Shown: positions 1-18,329, counted from the first letter of the stretch. The stretch: DNA of 64,000 nucleotides from Callorhinchus milii (GCF_018977255.1 NW_024704742.1:4838001-4902000), one strand, 5' to 3'. A program made the numbers and translations. Notes: a model not told the origin generated them from the sequence alone.

Positions 1-3000
1 AATGGAATCACTCAATCTTCTTAAAATGAGCCCAAATAATTGGAATATCTCTACCCATGTATGAAACATGGACCTATTTATTTCCATGTAATCTGCAGTT
101 CATTTTCCTCTCACATTCAAGGCTTGAGTATCCAACAAACTGAAAAAAAAATCTGGAACTGGAAATTGATTTTCAAAATTGAAATCAAAGTATATTGTCA
201 GCAAACTTAATATTGAGTTAATGAACAGTCTCTTGCACAGGTGAGCAAGTTCTTTATAAGATCCACAAAAAAATTGTAACTTGAGAAAAAGGATAAAATC
301 ATTGCATTCTTGGGCAATGATCGATCCAATTGAAGATTCTTTTCACACAATCTTATCACCACATTTTCTTCACCAGTTAATTATACGGCAGCTTCCAGCA
401 ATTTCAGACGTTTGCTTGTGGCTAACAGAACCACATTTTAGTTGATTATGAAATAACCCCTTACGAATGCTGAATCACAGGGTTATTGTGAAATCTTTAC
501 TAATGTAAACTATTAGTACAGGGTAGTTGTGAAATCTAAGTTCCAATCACAAGTATCATTTGCAGTGTCTTTAACGTTGACATTTAAAGCACCTGATTAA
601 TGATGACCTGTATTTAATAACTTCCAGCATTCAAATTTGCACCAATCAATAGATTATATTCTTAAGAAGTCTTACACATTGAACCAAATTGTTCGATTAA
701 TTTTTCTTGGTCTGCATGTTCTAAACCTTAAATTTAATATATTTTAAAATATTTTGTCAAATTCTTAAATTCAGTCTTATTTTGGAAACTAGTTTTCTGT
801 GTTAGTGTTTTTTTTAACAGAAGAAAACTTTTTCGTGTTACTTTTTTTTAATAATCGTTGAAAAGTTCAGAATGAATTTTTTTTAAAAATCAAAATTTCT
901 GAATGTTAAATATTAAGGTGATTGTCAGGTCCATAGCCTTGGATTTGATATAGTGCCTTTCATGCCAGGAGCATAACTCAAATCACGCTGGGAAGATGTC
1001 TCAAAATGCCCGTTGCCTGCATGCCCATAGGAGAACATTTACAGCCATAAAGTAAATGTGCACTGAATAGACTGATTGTTAGAAATTCACATTGCCCTAT
1101 ATAGGAGCAAATTGTGAATGCACGTGTGCACATTGTATGCCTGGAGAAATTTTTAGTTGTTTGAATAGTTGCTACCATACGTAGTAATAATATCTTAGCA
1201 TTTCTTTGAGAGCTACTTATTCGAAAGGATATAATTTGTATGGCTTGAGAATTGCACTGCATACTTTTTTCTTGGGTAGATGTGCAGTAAGAACAGTTAA
1301 TCAGAGACGAATGAACCTTGGAGCCTTAAAAGAAAATCATATATGTGGAACCAGGTTGCATTGTTTTGTTTACTTGAATAGGCTTGCAATAACTTGGGCA
1401 CGATAGTGTTTTTAAAAAATCAGATGCTAATCTCAGTTTTCCTCAATGTAGTTGTTGGGGGCATTTTGGATGAGGTAAGTGAAAATTACAGATGGGCCTT
1501 TGCAATGGCCTTTGAGCTTTCAAAATGTATATGTTTATACATCAGTCAATCTAAAGCAAAATATAAGATGAAGCAAAATCGCTGGAAATGTCAGATTTTC
1601 ACTCCAATATAACTTCAATATAACTCGACAAGAATGTGAAACCATAAACAAATATTTAGGAGAAGGATAGTTTAAGTACAATACAATACATATTATATTT
1701 ATATAGCGCCTTTGATGTCGGCAGGACGTCCCAAGGCACTGGACAGTCAGGGGATGTCCTCCCGTGAGTAACTTGCTGTTGATTTAATTACTTAACACAA
1801 GACTACTTTTTATTTTCAAGAAATTAATTTTGGACAGACATTGTATTGCAGACCTCAACTAAAATTGCACCGTTCCAAATCTAGCCTTTAAGGTGATCAA
1901 TGCAAACCGTTTCCGATGCTGCATTTCCCTGTGTAAAATCCTTAGGCTGGTAACGTTTCATGCTTTAGGGAAGGTACAATCTCCCTGGCTCACATGGCCC
2001 TGGAATTACTGTGAAGCTAAAATGATTACAGTAATAAAAATACTGAAAAAAGGCTACAGTGTGTGTTACCGTAATATTAAACCTAAACAATTACAATGAA
2101 TGGTAAAGATTACATTTTAAACCTCTAACTGTGCCTTACCCTTTGGTCCCTTTCGGTACTCTTGTTTTTTTTAAAAAACTAAGATAATTTATGCTTTTAT
2201 TTCTTACAAGAATTAAGTTTAGCATATTCCTACACAAGGTTTTTTCTACGTCTCATTGTTCCTTTTGAAGGGAAGAGCATTTTTTTTTCCAATGAGGCTT
2301 TAAAACAGCTTTAATAGCTGCACGATAAAGTCAAAAGGCCAAACTATCCAGTCAAGTCCTTGAAACTCAACCAGTGCTGGCAGTGCTCAAAAGTATAAAA
2401 TTTAATCAAAGAGTGGGAAAAACTGCATTGAGGCTGGAGAGATTAATAATAATCCTTGTACTGTATTTGATATGGAGTTAATGCCATAATATGTTGACTA
2501 TGTTCAACAGGTTTTATAAAGTAAATAAGCTCTGGAGATGAATGGCGTCTAATTGATTATTTTATAAAACTACGCCTCATTTTTTTTTTAAAAAAGTTTT
2601 TCCTTTCTAAATTCTCTATAAATGACTGACTGCATGACCAGAGATATGGTTTCTGGAGTATCAGAGCTCTTATCTTATTTAAACCCTTTGCCTTTTGTTT
2701 AAGCAGAATGGTGAGTTTGTGATACTTGCATCAAAGCATGTGAAGTGTTTTAGCAAAATTGAATGTGTTGTTCCAAGTGTTATTTTTCCCGTTTCAAATG
2801 AATTAGCATTTCATTTTGCTAGTGGATGGCTTACGCCTTCCATAGCTATAGGGTTTGTAGGTGTAAATGCCATTGTAAAAAGAAATCTACTTTTTTATGG
2901 TGCATTGCCATAATAAGATGAAAAATTGCCTTAGCATTTAAGACAACTATATCATTCAACATATTTAAATGGCATATTTGACACACAATACAGTAGTTGT

Positions 3001-3536
3001 ATTGATACTCCATATAATTTTTGAAGGATATTAACCAAAAATAAATGCTTGCATGTTTAGTGCTTTTTTAGATGTTCATTTAACAGTCTTTCTAAAATCT
3101 TATGGTTTTGCTCTTCTTTTCTTGCGGATTGGAATTTTATTTTCTGGTGAGTAAGTTCATGGGTCTAAGTTGCATTCTTCTTTTTCTTTCATCAATCAAT
3201 GCATGCTTGTCTGTTTGTGTTGCGCTGTGTATCTTTGGCTCTTAGATAGAATATCTGGCCTGAATAATTTTACATTTGCCAGAATAATCATGAAATAAAA
3301 TAACTTCAGTCACAAGAGAGATTATCTCTTCAATATTTCCTGGCTTCTCCTCTTTTGTGTCATAAGAACTGTTCATTAATCTGGTAATTGAAGATTCTTT
3401 AAAGCAAAAGTGGCTTCATATTTATATTAATTAATTGTGATACATTTCAATAAACTGTAAAGTCTCAGACATAAATCACTCATATTCATTTCCTATTTGC
3501 GTTAAGCCATACTTCACGTGAACATATCTATTCTAG

Positions 3537-7103
<3,567 letters not shown>

Positions 7104-10100
7104 TCGTTTGTCTCGCATTGACCTGTATAGAGTGGTGATTTTTAATGATTTGCTGATTTGGAATTTTGTGCGGTATATGGAATGGTTTACATGGGTTTGA
7201 TTTGTTGGACCATTCCCATTTTTCAATTTTCCTGTTCTTTCACATCTGCTTATGACCAAAATTTTGTCTCGGGCAAAGGTTGTTCGTACATAACTCAGGG
7301 TTAAACCTGTGGCCAGTCCTCCATGCACCATTTTCTGTCAATTTCCTAAACATCCATGGTATTAAGTATTTTTGACAGGCAACTTGTTTCTTTCACCCTC
7401 CACACGCACACACAGACACACGCTTGTAATCTTGATACTTTCTCTGACTCAGAAGAGCAACACCATGTCACCAAAGGAATCATAATCATTCCATGGCTTG
7501 ATGTAAGGGGTTGGCTTTCTAGAATAAAGGCGGATTATTTCTTGAGAGTGGGGTAGCTGTACCAGAGTGGTAGAGAATTGACAAAATGTGTTGCGTTGTT
7601 GTTAATCATGGAGTTGAAATCCATGGTTGCAGCATTATCGAGAGAACCAGAGCCGTAATGCTAAGAATCCCCTTAAATATGCACTCCCTGTATTGTGACC
7701 GGATGGTGCGAACTATACTATAAATAGAGTAAGGTGTGAGCAATCACAACTTTGAGCAAAAGCTTCCATTATTTGAACGAGAAATCGCATACCAGTATCG
7801 TGGTAAAATTTGACCAGCATCTGAAATGATTACATTTCCAGGCCTGAAATAATCATAAAATAGTGTTTGCCTTGTCTTGCATTTGGCTTTAGATTATTTA
7901 GGTAACACTGAAATGTGGAAATCTTTTAAAGCAAATTGACAGTATGTTCGGAGTTTAAAAAGTGAAGCATTTATGATGTGTTACTTTTACTAGAGTGTTA
8001 TAGTTTGTTGGACTGGGTGGACATATTTGACCTTTGTCTAGGTTGAAAAAGTTTAATGCAGTCATCTATCTACGTTCCGCATGAAATGATTGAATTGAGA
8101 TCCGTTCTAAGAGAGCTTGTAATGACCCGGATTGTGCTTGGGATTCTCCAAGGTAATACAAGCAACCTGTATTGTAAAAAGTCTTAACTGAAATTTATTT
8201 TGGTATAGTTACATTTGGAGCGTGTTCAGTGACTGTACACTTGTATAAGTATACAAGTGTCAATTAGCATGTGTTGTTATCATGTGACTCTGCTTCAAAA
8301 TCCGAGGGCTGAGGTTTATGTAGTGTGACTGAATTTAGCCCAGTCTGATTTTAAATTCAATCCAGGGCTCAGATTTATCAGGCAGTTTTATTATGATATC
8401 AGCATTTTTTGTAAACTAATTAATCTTTTTTCCTACTGTGCTGCCAGATTCTGCTATTCTACACAACTACTTGTAAACCATTCCCAGGCTGTGCTTCTAT
8501 GCACTGAAACCCCTTCATTTACGTTATTTCCCATCCAGTCTGTTCATAACATCCAAAACTGTCAGAATGCATCTCATTACAATTTCTCATCATTATTAAT
8601 TTTCTTCATTTACTCTTGGTCTGAATTCCAACCAGAAAGTGTAATGTGATTTCTGCATTTTAATACCTTCAGTTTTCCTCCAATTTGTATTGGAGTTAGT
8701 TGGTTATAAACGAGTACATTTGATGTTAAGTGTGACTATTGTGGTTAAATAAGTCACTACAATAATAATAATAAATAAGTCACTACAATGTTAATAATAA
8801 TACAATAATAATAATAATTATTAGATGCTGTTCAGGCTTGCATTTGGACTGAAGGACTGACTGATTAGCATGTAGCTGAATACATATCACTTGAAATAGT
8901 TGGACTTCCAGACCATTTCAATTGTTCCTTTACATTTCAATTTCCTAATGCTTGGATATATTTTATTATTGTTTGATTTGTTTACTAATAAAACTGCATT
9001 ACTATATTTTGTAATGGTTCTAATAGTGAGATTTTTTAATTAAGTGTTTTGAAGGACTCATAATTACTGAATACTATTCAGGGTAGCTTTGCTAAAATGC
9101 TATTTGCATACATGTGTATGTGTGGAGAAGGAATTTGTTTTGATAACAACTATGGCTTTAGATTTGGACAATGGTTCCATATTCAAGGATGCCAGGTAAA
9201 TATTTCAGCATTGAAAATTAATTGGATTTCTTGCGGCAGTATGTTTTGGAGTTAGTTACCTGCGGATTATGATGTCTTTAGACTTGCCTTCTGTTTGTAT
9301 GAGCCATGTGACATCAAGTTAATTGGATTGGGTACTTGCCGAAATTAACCCGCAGTGCAACAACTTTCTGTGGATGTTTAAAAGGCAATGGACTGGTTCT
9401 TTCTTAACTCATCATGTTTCCTCAAATGCATGCTTTGCTGTTAAACACTAAATATAAAATGTAAGTAATCCTATGATTATCACATACCATTCTATAGTGT
9501 GGGCTATAAACACTTACAGATTCAGAATTTGGCTACCTGTAACAGATGTTTTATAATTTCTGTGCAATCCACCTTAATAGCAAAATATTGGCTCTATTGA
9601 ATGCTAGACACTGCTAGATTCAACTAAAGTATTGATTCTATTTAACAGCTTTTTGGAGTTGTGTGCCTTCTGTGTATAGTTTTATATAGTCGTGTACTTC
9701 TGCTTGCCAGTAAAATATGATTATTTTTATTTCATGGTTCGAACAGATAATGCGATCAGGATGAATATATAAATGGGTATGTGGTCATGGATTTTTTTAA
9801 GCCTCTTCTATAGTTAATTGAATTTGAACTATAAATTAATCTTGTGTCAACTGTTCATAGAAACTCCTGTAAATTGGGTAATGTGTTGGACTCCTACACA
9901 AAGGATGCAAAAGCAGAACATTGTTTGGTTCATTTTGAGCTGAAACCTTTACACATTTCTGGACCGAAAGATGCCATAAGGCTTCACCCAGCTAGATGTT
10001 TACCTGATTACAATACCTGTACTTGTGTAAGCAGAACACTATACTGTCTTAAAAGCAAGTGTCAAGTTTAATCCAACAATACCTATCCTTTTCCAAGAGT

Positions 10101-11989
10101 TTTAAACTCTGTGCTGCGATGTTTTCGAGGAACCTAATGAGTAACTTAACACAATATGTGTGGGGAAAGGGGGGAGGAGTGGCAGTGTCCACGCTGTTTA
10201 TGCCTGGGATGACCTGGATAACACTGGGATGAGCTGTATAACATTAGTAGTACAATGCTCAGCTACAGAGTAAAAATATTTATGGGGATGTTGTCCTACA
10301 AAGAATGAACTAAATTATATAGAAACTTCCTTTCAGCCCACCTTAAAATAGTAATAAATATGCAAAGTTACCTACCTTTATTTCAACAACTGCACATGGT
10401 TTAAAACACTTTGTAAGGGATTATTTTTGAATAAACTGACTTAATAGATTGTTTCCCCTTTAATAAGGGGAACGTTGTATTTGCTGCTACTATTGCTAAG
10501 TGGAATATTATTCACTAACCCTACAAACTGCAACTGCTGAGAAAACCCACTATTACACACCTTTGCTATGCAGTTTCAACAGTAGTTGAACTAATTACTC
10601 AGGGTAGAAATTACCAAATATAAAGCGAAAAGAAAACGGATCATGGCATCTGCACAATAAAATTTGCTTTGAAAATTGTATTTGTTTCACAATTAATGTA
10701 CATATTTGTAGAACGTGTTTCTTAAAGCTTTAGTCCGAAAGTAGATACTGGAGGCGATACGTAATCAATAAGTAATGGGTACTTTTTTTAATCCTAGTTA
10801 CACGCTTTCTTTAGAAGCTTATTTATTATTTAAGACCTTCATCAATTTCAGAAGAGCAGCCGGATCAGGTGTGGGGATTGTCTGTTGTGTTAAATGTAGT
10901 GTTTTAGCTCTCTTTTGAGATTGAGTATCTGAGACTTTAATGGAGCATTGAAATTATGGCTTTTTCAACAACAAATTTATAAACTGTTAATCAAAGTACA
11001 TTATTAATATACATGTCTTAAATGGATCATAGAATCTAAATTCTTTCAACTAGTTTTCGTTTTTGGACATAGAACCAAAAAAGGTTTGAGATCTGTCCTC
11101 AACTAAATGTACCGTGGATTGTGGGGGAACAGTTCAAAATTTATATTATCCTTTCCTGTAACCAACTGGCAACTATTGACCTTAACTTCAGCCAAGCTTT
11201 ATATGCCAGCAGAATATCGTAAAAATGTTTGCTTTCAAATGCCCTTTAAACCCCACACCTGTTAAATATTGACAGTACAAGGGTTTTGAGCTTAACTCTG
11301 GGTTTTAATAATATAACCAAGTGTTTTCAGTAATTGCACACAATTGAATTGTGAGAGACGCATGTGTATCTTTAGTGACTGGGTTATCCGAGGACCAAGA
11401 ACGTACAGATATTCACTTGTCTGTCTTGTAAATACGGTCAGGTCATAGGTGCAGTTTTGGAGGAAATTTATATTTGTATTCCGGTTCAGATGCTGCAGTG
11501 AATTCTTGCCCTCCAGGGGATAAGATTCCATGAACATCACAGTTTGCAATTCACAAAGTAAGTCAAATCTTAATTTGCAAATTTCTCTAGCATCAAGATA
11601 ACCCCCTCCCCCCATTGCTATTGAGGATACAGTATTCAGAAATCGGCCTGTTTTGTAATATAATAATCCTTACATTTGATGTAGTGCCTTATGTTGTTGA
11701 GATTCTCATAGCGTTTCACAGGATATACTGTGAAGTGGTGTGACTGAGTATTTTGTGGGTGAATGCGTCAGCCAATTTGCCCACAGCAATGTACCACAAA
11801 CAGCCATGGAGTGGGTGACCCAAATTTTTGAGTGATTTGGTCAGGAGACCAGGAGAAACTTACTTAACAAATAGTGCCATGGGATCCTTAACATCCACCT
11901 GGACAGGCAGACGGAACCTCAGATGAGGCATGGAGGTGATGGGTTCATAGAGCCTAATGCGGGAGTTTCAGAGATCCGGATGATCTGTA

Positions 11990-12350
11990 ACAACAATAAG
12001 TTGCGTTTATGTAGTGTCTTTCATGGCGGGAGTAGGTCCCAAGCCACTGGACAAGTCGAGGGTCACCCCCGAGCTGGAGGTTAGATTCAACTGGGATGGG
12101 GTGCAAGGGTGATAGGGCTGGGAAGGTCAAAAGGTCTTGAGACGGACCTTGAAGGAGGCAAGGGAAGGAGCACGGAAAGGGTCTCCGGGGTGGAGTTCTA
12201 GAGAGTTGGGAAGTCTAGAGAGCTGAATTGGCATACTCTAGGGTGCACGTAATGAGTGTATGGATAAAGGGACTCGGTAGCTAAAGGGACAGGTGGTGAA
12301 GGTGGGAGAAAGATGAATGGGTCAGAGCACAGGTTTAAGGGGCAGTTGAG
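11990..12350 (-). mobile_element. Degenerate L2 3' fragment (copy at about 43052-43415)
   Basis: CAACAA tail and GACCTTGAAGGAGG..GGAGTTC match the L2 at 34290 in reverse. Confidence 0.6.
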
Positions 12351-13061
12351 TGATGATCAAGACTAATAACATGGTGCCATGGGATCTTTAGCATACGCCT
12401 GAACAGTTAAATGGGACCTCAGTTTAAGGTCATAAAATACACAATCCAAAGGATAGCAACCCAACGATACAGTGCATACCCAGCAATGCGGTGTCACCTC
12501 CCACAGGGTGCTCCAACTGGCGGCCAGCGGGCCGATTTCATCCCCCACCCTCCCTCCATTTCATCTGGCCCACCCGCTCCCTCCATAACCCGTAAATGTT
12601 GTTTCTGGAAGAGGAAGACACAAAAACATTAATTCTGTGCCCCGTGGAGTTTCTCCAATAGGGCATCTGTCCCTCAACAGCCTGAGGTTGGACCATCCTG
12701 GACGTGAATTCAAAAGTGCAGTCTTGGGATTTGAACTCATAATCTTCCGGCTCAAGAGACCGGAGCGCTGCCGATTAAATGAGGCTAACTAAGTGTTTAA
12801 TGTAGTGCCCTGAAATTCACGTAGTATAATGTCTTAACGCACTTCACAAAGGTGGGGTCCAATATTGAGCAAGGAAGAAGGGGGATCATAGGCATGGGGT
12901 TTTTGGTGGGATTTAAAGATGGATATGGAGAGGGGGTAAAGAACAAAATAATAATAACCATTGCATTCGATACAGCGCCTTATCGCGTCATTGAGACGTC
13001 TCAAAGAGGTAGGGTTTTGGTGAGATTTAGAGACCAGTACGAGGTGGGGCAGGGACCAATG

Positions 13062-13368
13062 AATAGTATGGTTAGAGCACTCGCTTTGCCAGTGAGAGAC
13101 CTGGGTTCAATTCCAGGCAGAGGGCGAAACCTTGGGCAAGTTTCCTTACTCCACACAGAGCCTAATAATAATCCCTCCAAAACCAAAAACAATAATAAAT
13201 TGGTCATTTTCAATCTACGACTGTTTGTGGGACATTGCTGTGCGCAATTGGCTGCCGCGTTCGCCCACAAATATACAGTCAATTCACTTTACAGTGTATT
13301 CTGTGAAGCGCTTTGGGACGTCCTCCCGACGTGAGAAGCGCTATATCAAATGCAAGGATTATTATTAT
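13062..13368 (+). mobile_element. Deu-type SINE, internally deleted subfamily (copy at about 44127-44433)
   Basis: B-box GGTTCAATTCC, Deu core, (TTA)n tail. Confidence 0.8.
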
Positions 13369-13559
13369 CACGCCGTTGAGATTGAGACGTCTCAAAGCGC
13401 TTCACAGAATACACAGCCAAGTGGATTGTGGATTTTGTGGGCGAAAACAGGGAAGAGCAAGGACTCGCAGAGGTTAGTAATAAATAATAGCCCCTCGCAT
13501 TTGATACAGGTGCCTTATCAGGTCTTCAAGACAACAACAACAAGATTTCATTTGTAGAG

Positions 13560-14720
13560 CGCCTTTCACGCCGGGAGGACGTCCCGAGGCGCTGGACAGT
13601 TGGGTCAGGTTGGGTGGGGAAACGGTCAGGGTGAGGGGAGGGGAGCGAAGACGTTCTCGGAGCGCTCCACAGAACATAGCGTTGGGGCCAATCGACCGTA
13701 TCCTGCGGGCGGAGCGCGGGGGGAGCCAATCGCGCACGGCAGCGTCCCCGCAAACAGCTGCGGGTTGCGTCACCAAATTATCAGTGATATTTTTTTTGGG
13801 GGGGGGGGGTGGGGGGGGTGACCATGACCAAATTAAATGGATGCAGTGGTTGGTGGTTGATGTTGAGATGGAGTGGGGAGTGGTGGGGGGGGGGGGGGGG
13901 GGGGGAGCAGGCAGCTCTCTGTCGCCTCCCTTGCGGTGCGAAGTGTGTATTACACCCACACACACGCACGCATGCGCAGAGCGTGCGAGGTGAGGCCGAG
14001 TCACGTGGGTGCGGGCGGAGGCGTCACGTGCCTGCCGCCGCCGCGCATGCGCCGCAAAGGCAAAGGAGGGTTCAGCGCGCGCGGCGACCGTTGGGCGTCT
14101 TCTCGTCCCCGCGAGTGAGCGGAGGCGTCGCCGCCGCCGCCGCCCGACCGCCGGACCGCGGCCTGTCCTGTCCTGTCCTGGGCCTCACCGGCACCGGCGT
14201 CAGGTCAGTCACTCCCAGGTTGACGTGTACGTTTACCGGCTCTCTCTGTGACGGTCTCCAGGGGCCTGAGCCAAGCGGGTCACCGGGGGTGGGGTGGGGT
14301 GGGGGGGCTCCCGAGGGCCGACTGACCCCCGGGCCCCCGGGACTGGCACTGGTCAGCAGGACCCTGGAAGGGACAGACCAGTCACTTATAAGGGGCGTCG
14401 CTGCACTCGGCTCCCGGTAATCGCCCGCCCGCGGGTCACAGCCCTGAGCCGGAGCGGCGGCGGCGGCGGCGCTTTCCCGCCCGTCATTACCGACACAACC
14501 ACCGAACTGTCATCGGTGAAGCCGCCTCTCACAGCGGTGGGGGAGGGGGGAGGGGGGGGGGCGTCCCAAGGCGCTGCACGGTCAGGGATTAGGACCTGGG
14601 AAGAGGGGGTGGGGGAGGGGGTGACCCCGTTACCCCACCGTTAACCCACCGTTACAGCAGCAGCAGCAACAGGTCCAACGCGACGCAACGCGGCGGCAAC
14701 AAAAAAAAACGCCGCCCCTC
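13560..14720 (+). promoter_or_regulatory. CpG island, probable sialidase promoter and non-coding exon 1 (copy 1)
   Basis: CpG-dense; GTCACGTG at 14000 and 14023, GCGCATGCGC at 14043, donor CAG|GTCAGT at 14204. Confidence 0.7.
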
Positions 14721-14886
14721 ACATCATCATAATAATTCATAATTAATAATAATGATAATAATCCTCGCGTTTGATACGGCGCCTTATCGCGTCTTCTCGA
14801 CCTCTCAAAGCGCTTCGCAGTTTAGAGGGTCGAGTGAATTGACCGGATGTTTGGGGGCCAAACGCGGCAGCCGGTTGCGCGCGGCT

Positions 14887-15170
14887 ATTATATATATATT
14901 ATTATATATAGTATATATATTATATTATAGCATATCATAGCTATGATAATATATGTTGTATATAATACATATATACATTATATATAATATACATATTATA
15001 TCATAGCATATCATAGCTACGATGACATAATATATTGTATATAATACATACACATACATTATATATAATATATATGTTATGTTATAGCATGTTATAGCTA
15101 TGATAATATATATTGCATATAATATATATATATTATATATAATACATATTATATTATAGCATGTTATAGC
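14887..15170. repeat. AT-rich degenerate minisatellite (copy at about 45968-46255)
   Basis: Recurring TATAGCAT...ATAGCTA..GATAATATAT units. Confidence 0.8.
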
Positions 15171-15256
15171 TGCCAAAGTTATGTTGGTTGTCGGGTGGAA
15201 TTTAACGACAGACAGAGGGAGGGGGACGAGCTGGAGGGAGGGAGCACCGGAAGTTA

Positions 15257-15570
15257 TTATAATCCTTGGGTTTGATGGAGCGCCTTATCGCACATCTTCT
15301 GGACGTCTCCGAAGCGCTTCACAGGATATACTGTAACGTGAATTTTGTGGGGGAAACGCGGCAGCCAGTTGCACGCAGCAGTGTCCCACGGATAGTCGTG
15401 GATTGAGTGACCAAGTAATTGTTGTTGTTTTTTTGTGAAGGGATTATTACCTCCAGAAAAGCGATCCGCCAATCGAATAACAGCTGGGTTCCTGCTTACT
15501 GCTTGGTAAGTAGAGGTGTGTAGAGTAAGGCAAGTGCCCAACATTTCGCCCACGCCGGGAAGCAAACCCA
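15257..15570 (-). mobile_element. Deu-type SINE (copy at about 46341-46655)
   Basis: Reverse complement of SINE body and tail. Confidence 0.8.
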
Positions 15571-16090
15571 GCAACAAAACGGCAGAGAGCATATGTTCTC
15601 TCAGTGTGGTGATATGCTGTCAGAACTTGTCCAATGGAGGATACGGAAGCAAGAGCAACCAATAAAGTAGGGTGAATGTGGTGCTGAGCTTGGGACAATA
15701 ATACAAAGGAGCCATTGTGCATAAATAATTGTGAAAAAACAGCAGTCGTGTTTAAAGATCAGCCAGTTTTATCTCGTGCATGGGTATAAAAGATCTGGTA
15801 CAATGTGTATTTAGGTTTATTTCTCCCTCAACGTGTTTAAAATCAACAGTAAAATCATTGAGGGATCATCTGGAAAGTTAGATTCAAATAAAAGGGCAAC
15901 TTAGTAATGGCCGATATGATGCATCAGATGGCTTGTTCCATGCTGGAAATTTCCGTGTTTTCTACGTCCAAAATAAACTACAGCCATATAATGCTGTAGT
16001 TGGTGTGCCGTGTGGAATTCATCTTCAGTGTCTGTTTTCCTCTCTTCAGGCGCATTGATATCTATTTCATTTCAATTCTATTGCAGCGAG

Positions 16091-16294
16091 ATGGCATCTT
16101 CAAATGTTTCTAGTAAAACTATCCTATTCAAAAGGGAAAAAGAGTTTTGGTATCGTATTCCTTCCCTCCTCCACGTTCCAAACACAGATACCCTTTTGGC
16201 GTTTGCTGAGAAGAGACTGGGACCCAAAGACGAAAATGCTGATGTGTTAATGCTACGGAAGGGCACCTATAAGAAGCCTTTGAAGAATTTTGAG
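16091..16294 (+). CDS. Sialidase coding exon 1 (copy 1)
   Basis: Matches 47161-47364. Confidence 0.88.
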
Positions 16295-17214
16295 GTAATT
16301 GGGAACGGGGATACGGGGATGAGTCTTGTGATGGTTAAGAAGTTAGAGCACTTCATCAGGTGTCAAGTCAGCCTGACTCAGTTGGTAGCACTTTTGCCTC
16401 TGTTTTTTGTTAAAACCCCTAATTGTCCAGCATCCTGGGACATCTTTCTGATATGAAGGGAGCTATACAAGTGTAATTTGTTGTTGTCAAAAGGAGACTC
16501 TTCGCATAAGTCTATAAATTGTATAAACACTTAAGTCATACATTCCACCCGAGTCCTATTCAGTTTCCTATCAAAAACACTTTGATTTCTTTACACGATT
16601 CATATTAATCACCTCTTAACTCGTATTATTATATTATTATTATATTATTAATAACACCGCTCCCCTACCCTCCATTCCTCCTGCGTATACCAGAGGCCTT
16701 GAATCACAGGGAATCTCAGTCTTAACCTATGACCTGATGTGCACTTATCAGCTGCATTAAATTACGCATGAATTAGATTATTGATTAAATCAGATTTTCA
16801 ACGATTTCTAATAGTTTACCTGCAACTTCACGTAAGTCATATAAAATGTTATGCTCCTGACTGATATGACTTATGTGAATTATACTGTATCGGCAGAAAA
16901 TAAGAAAAGCTTTTTAATGCCCTATGCAAGATAGAGATCCATGTATGTCCATATAGGTTCTATATGTTCTCAAAAGTCAGAATGTCACTTATATTCAGCC
17001 TAGGGTATGAGGATGTAATTTTCTAACTGGGAAGTTCCAGGATGTATGATTCAGAACAAGATTGTGATTCAGGAAAATTAAATCAAATTTTTATATTACA
17101 CAAGTTTCCAAGCAATCAGGCACATGTCAAAAGAAATGAAACCCCACCTAGTTTAATGCAAATAAAAATGCTTTCAGTGTTCAACTCAGTTCACTGCTGA
17201 TGTATGGTCAGATA

Positions 17215-17540
17215 CCGAGAAACTATTTCCTCTGGTGGGGAATCCGGAACATGGGGCATAATCTTAAAATTAGAGCTCGGCCATTTAGGAGTGAAATCAG
17301 GAGGCAGTTTTTCATGGAAAGCATAGTGGAAATTTGGAACTCTCTTCCCCCCCCCCAAAAGGTTGTGTGTGCTGGATTCATTCCATTTTCAAGACTCAGG
17401 TGGATAGGTATTTATTAGGTCGGGATATCAAGGAATACGGGTCAAGGGGGGTAATTGGAGTTGAGGTACAAATCAACCATGATCTTATAGAATGGTGGAA
17501 CAGGCTCGAGGGGCTGAATGGCCTCCTCCTGTTTCTATGA
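17215..17540 (+). mobile_element. CR1-like LINE 3' end in the sialidase intron (copy at about 48285-48610)
   Basis: GHNLKIR..FRSEIRRQFF..VEIWNSLP remnant and GGGCTGAATGGCCTCCTCCTG tail. Confidence 0.75.
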
Positions 17541-17588
17541 TTTTATGTAATTGCTCATTTCTATTTAATTTTCTTTTACTTTTCACAG

Positions 17589-17723
17589 TGGGAAAATGTT
17601 ACAAGCGTTCAGGCTGCAAGACTGAAGGACCACAGATCCATGAATCCTTGCCCTGTTTACGACAAAGATACAAACACTATCTTCCTCCTCTTCATTGCTG
17701 TCTTTGGAAATACACCCGAGCAT
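17589..17723 (+). CDS. Sialidase coding exon 2 (copy 1), truncated by the assembly gap
   Basis: WENVTSVQAARLKDHRSMNPCPVYD...PEH then Ns; matches 48658-48792. Confidence 0.85.
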
Positions 17724-17753
17724 NNNNNNNNNNNNNNNNNNNNNNNNNNNNNN
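17724..17753. other. Assembly gap (30 N)
   Basis: Run of Ns. Confidence 1.
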
Positions 17754-18329
17754 GGCGACAGTTCTGGGAAGCTTTAGGTAGAATACTGCGAGCTGGAACG
17801 TCCCCTTACAGCAAACTTGGTAGCCATGTTCAAATTGGTGCTGGAGGAAAATTGCTCTACAGAAAGAAGGAACTTGTATTTCTCTATCATCTTAACAACT
17901 TACCGTTTTGAAATGCCTCAAAAGTGTTTTACTATCAGTTTAGTTAATGTATTTTTGCAGGAAAACATGGCAGCCAGGTCCCACAGGCACCCATGAGGTG
18001 AATGGCCATTTAATTTGGTGAATTGTTGCCCAGGACAATGGGAAAAAATCCTTTTGTTGAATTGTCTTTGGGGTTTTAATGCCCATTTGAAAAGTAGGCA
18101 GGCAGCTATTGGTTTAACGTCTCATCCTAAGAACTGTACCTTGACAATGCAGACTAGGAGCATATGGAGCTTGATCCCAGAATCTTCTGATCCAGATTAT
18201 GTATAAATTTGAAAAGAAAAACTGGGGATGGAGAAAGTGAATTGTTTGGTTGAAAGAAAAAAATGGGAAATAGAATTCAAATGGTAGTCAATATTAATTT
18301 TAATGAAAGACCCCTGTTTTGGAGCAAAG

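Noticed and set aside
12852..13557. ORFs of 93-160 aa recurring elsewhere in the window
   Set aside because: They are translations of SINE sequence.
13474..14644. Overlapping ORFs in the CpG island (also 44564-45726)
   Set aside because: GC-rich sequence lacks stops, frames differ between the two copies, and no domain is recognisable.
16091..17723. A second, distinct sialidase paralogue
   Set aside because: Coding sequence matches the downstream copy and ends at the gap; better explained as allelic or assembly duplication.
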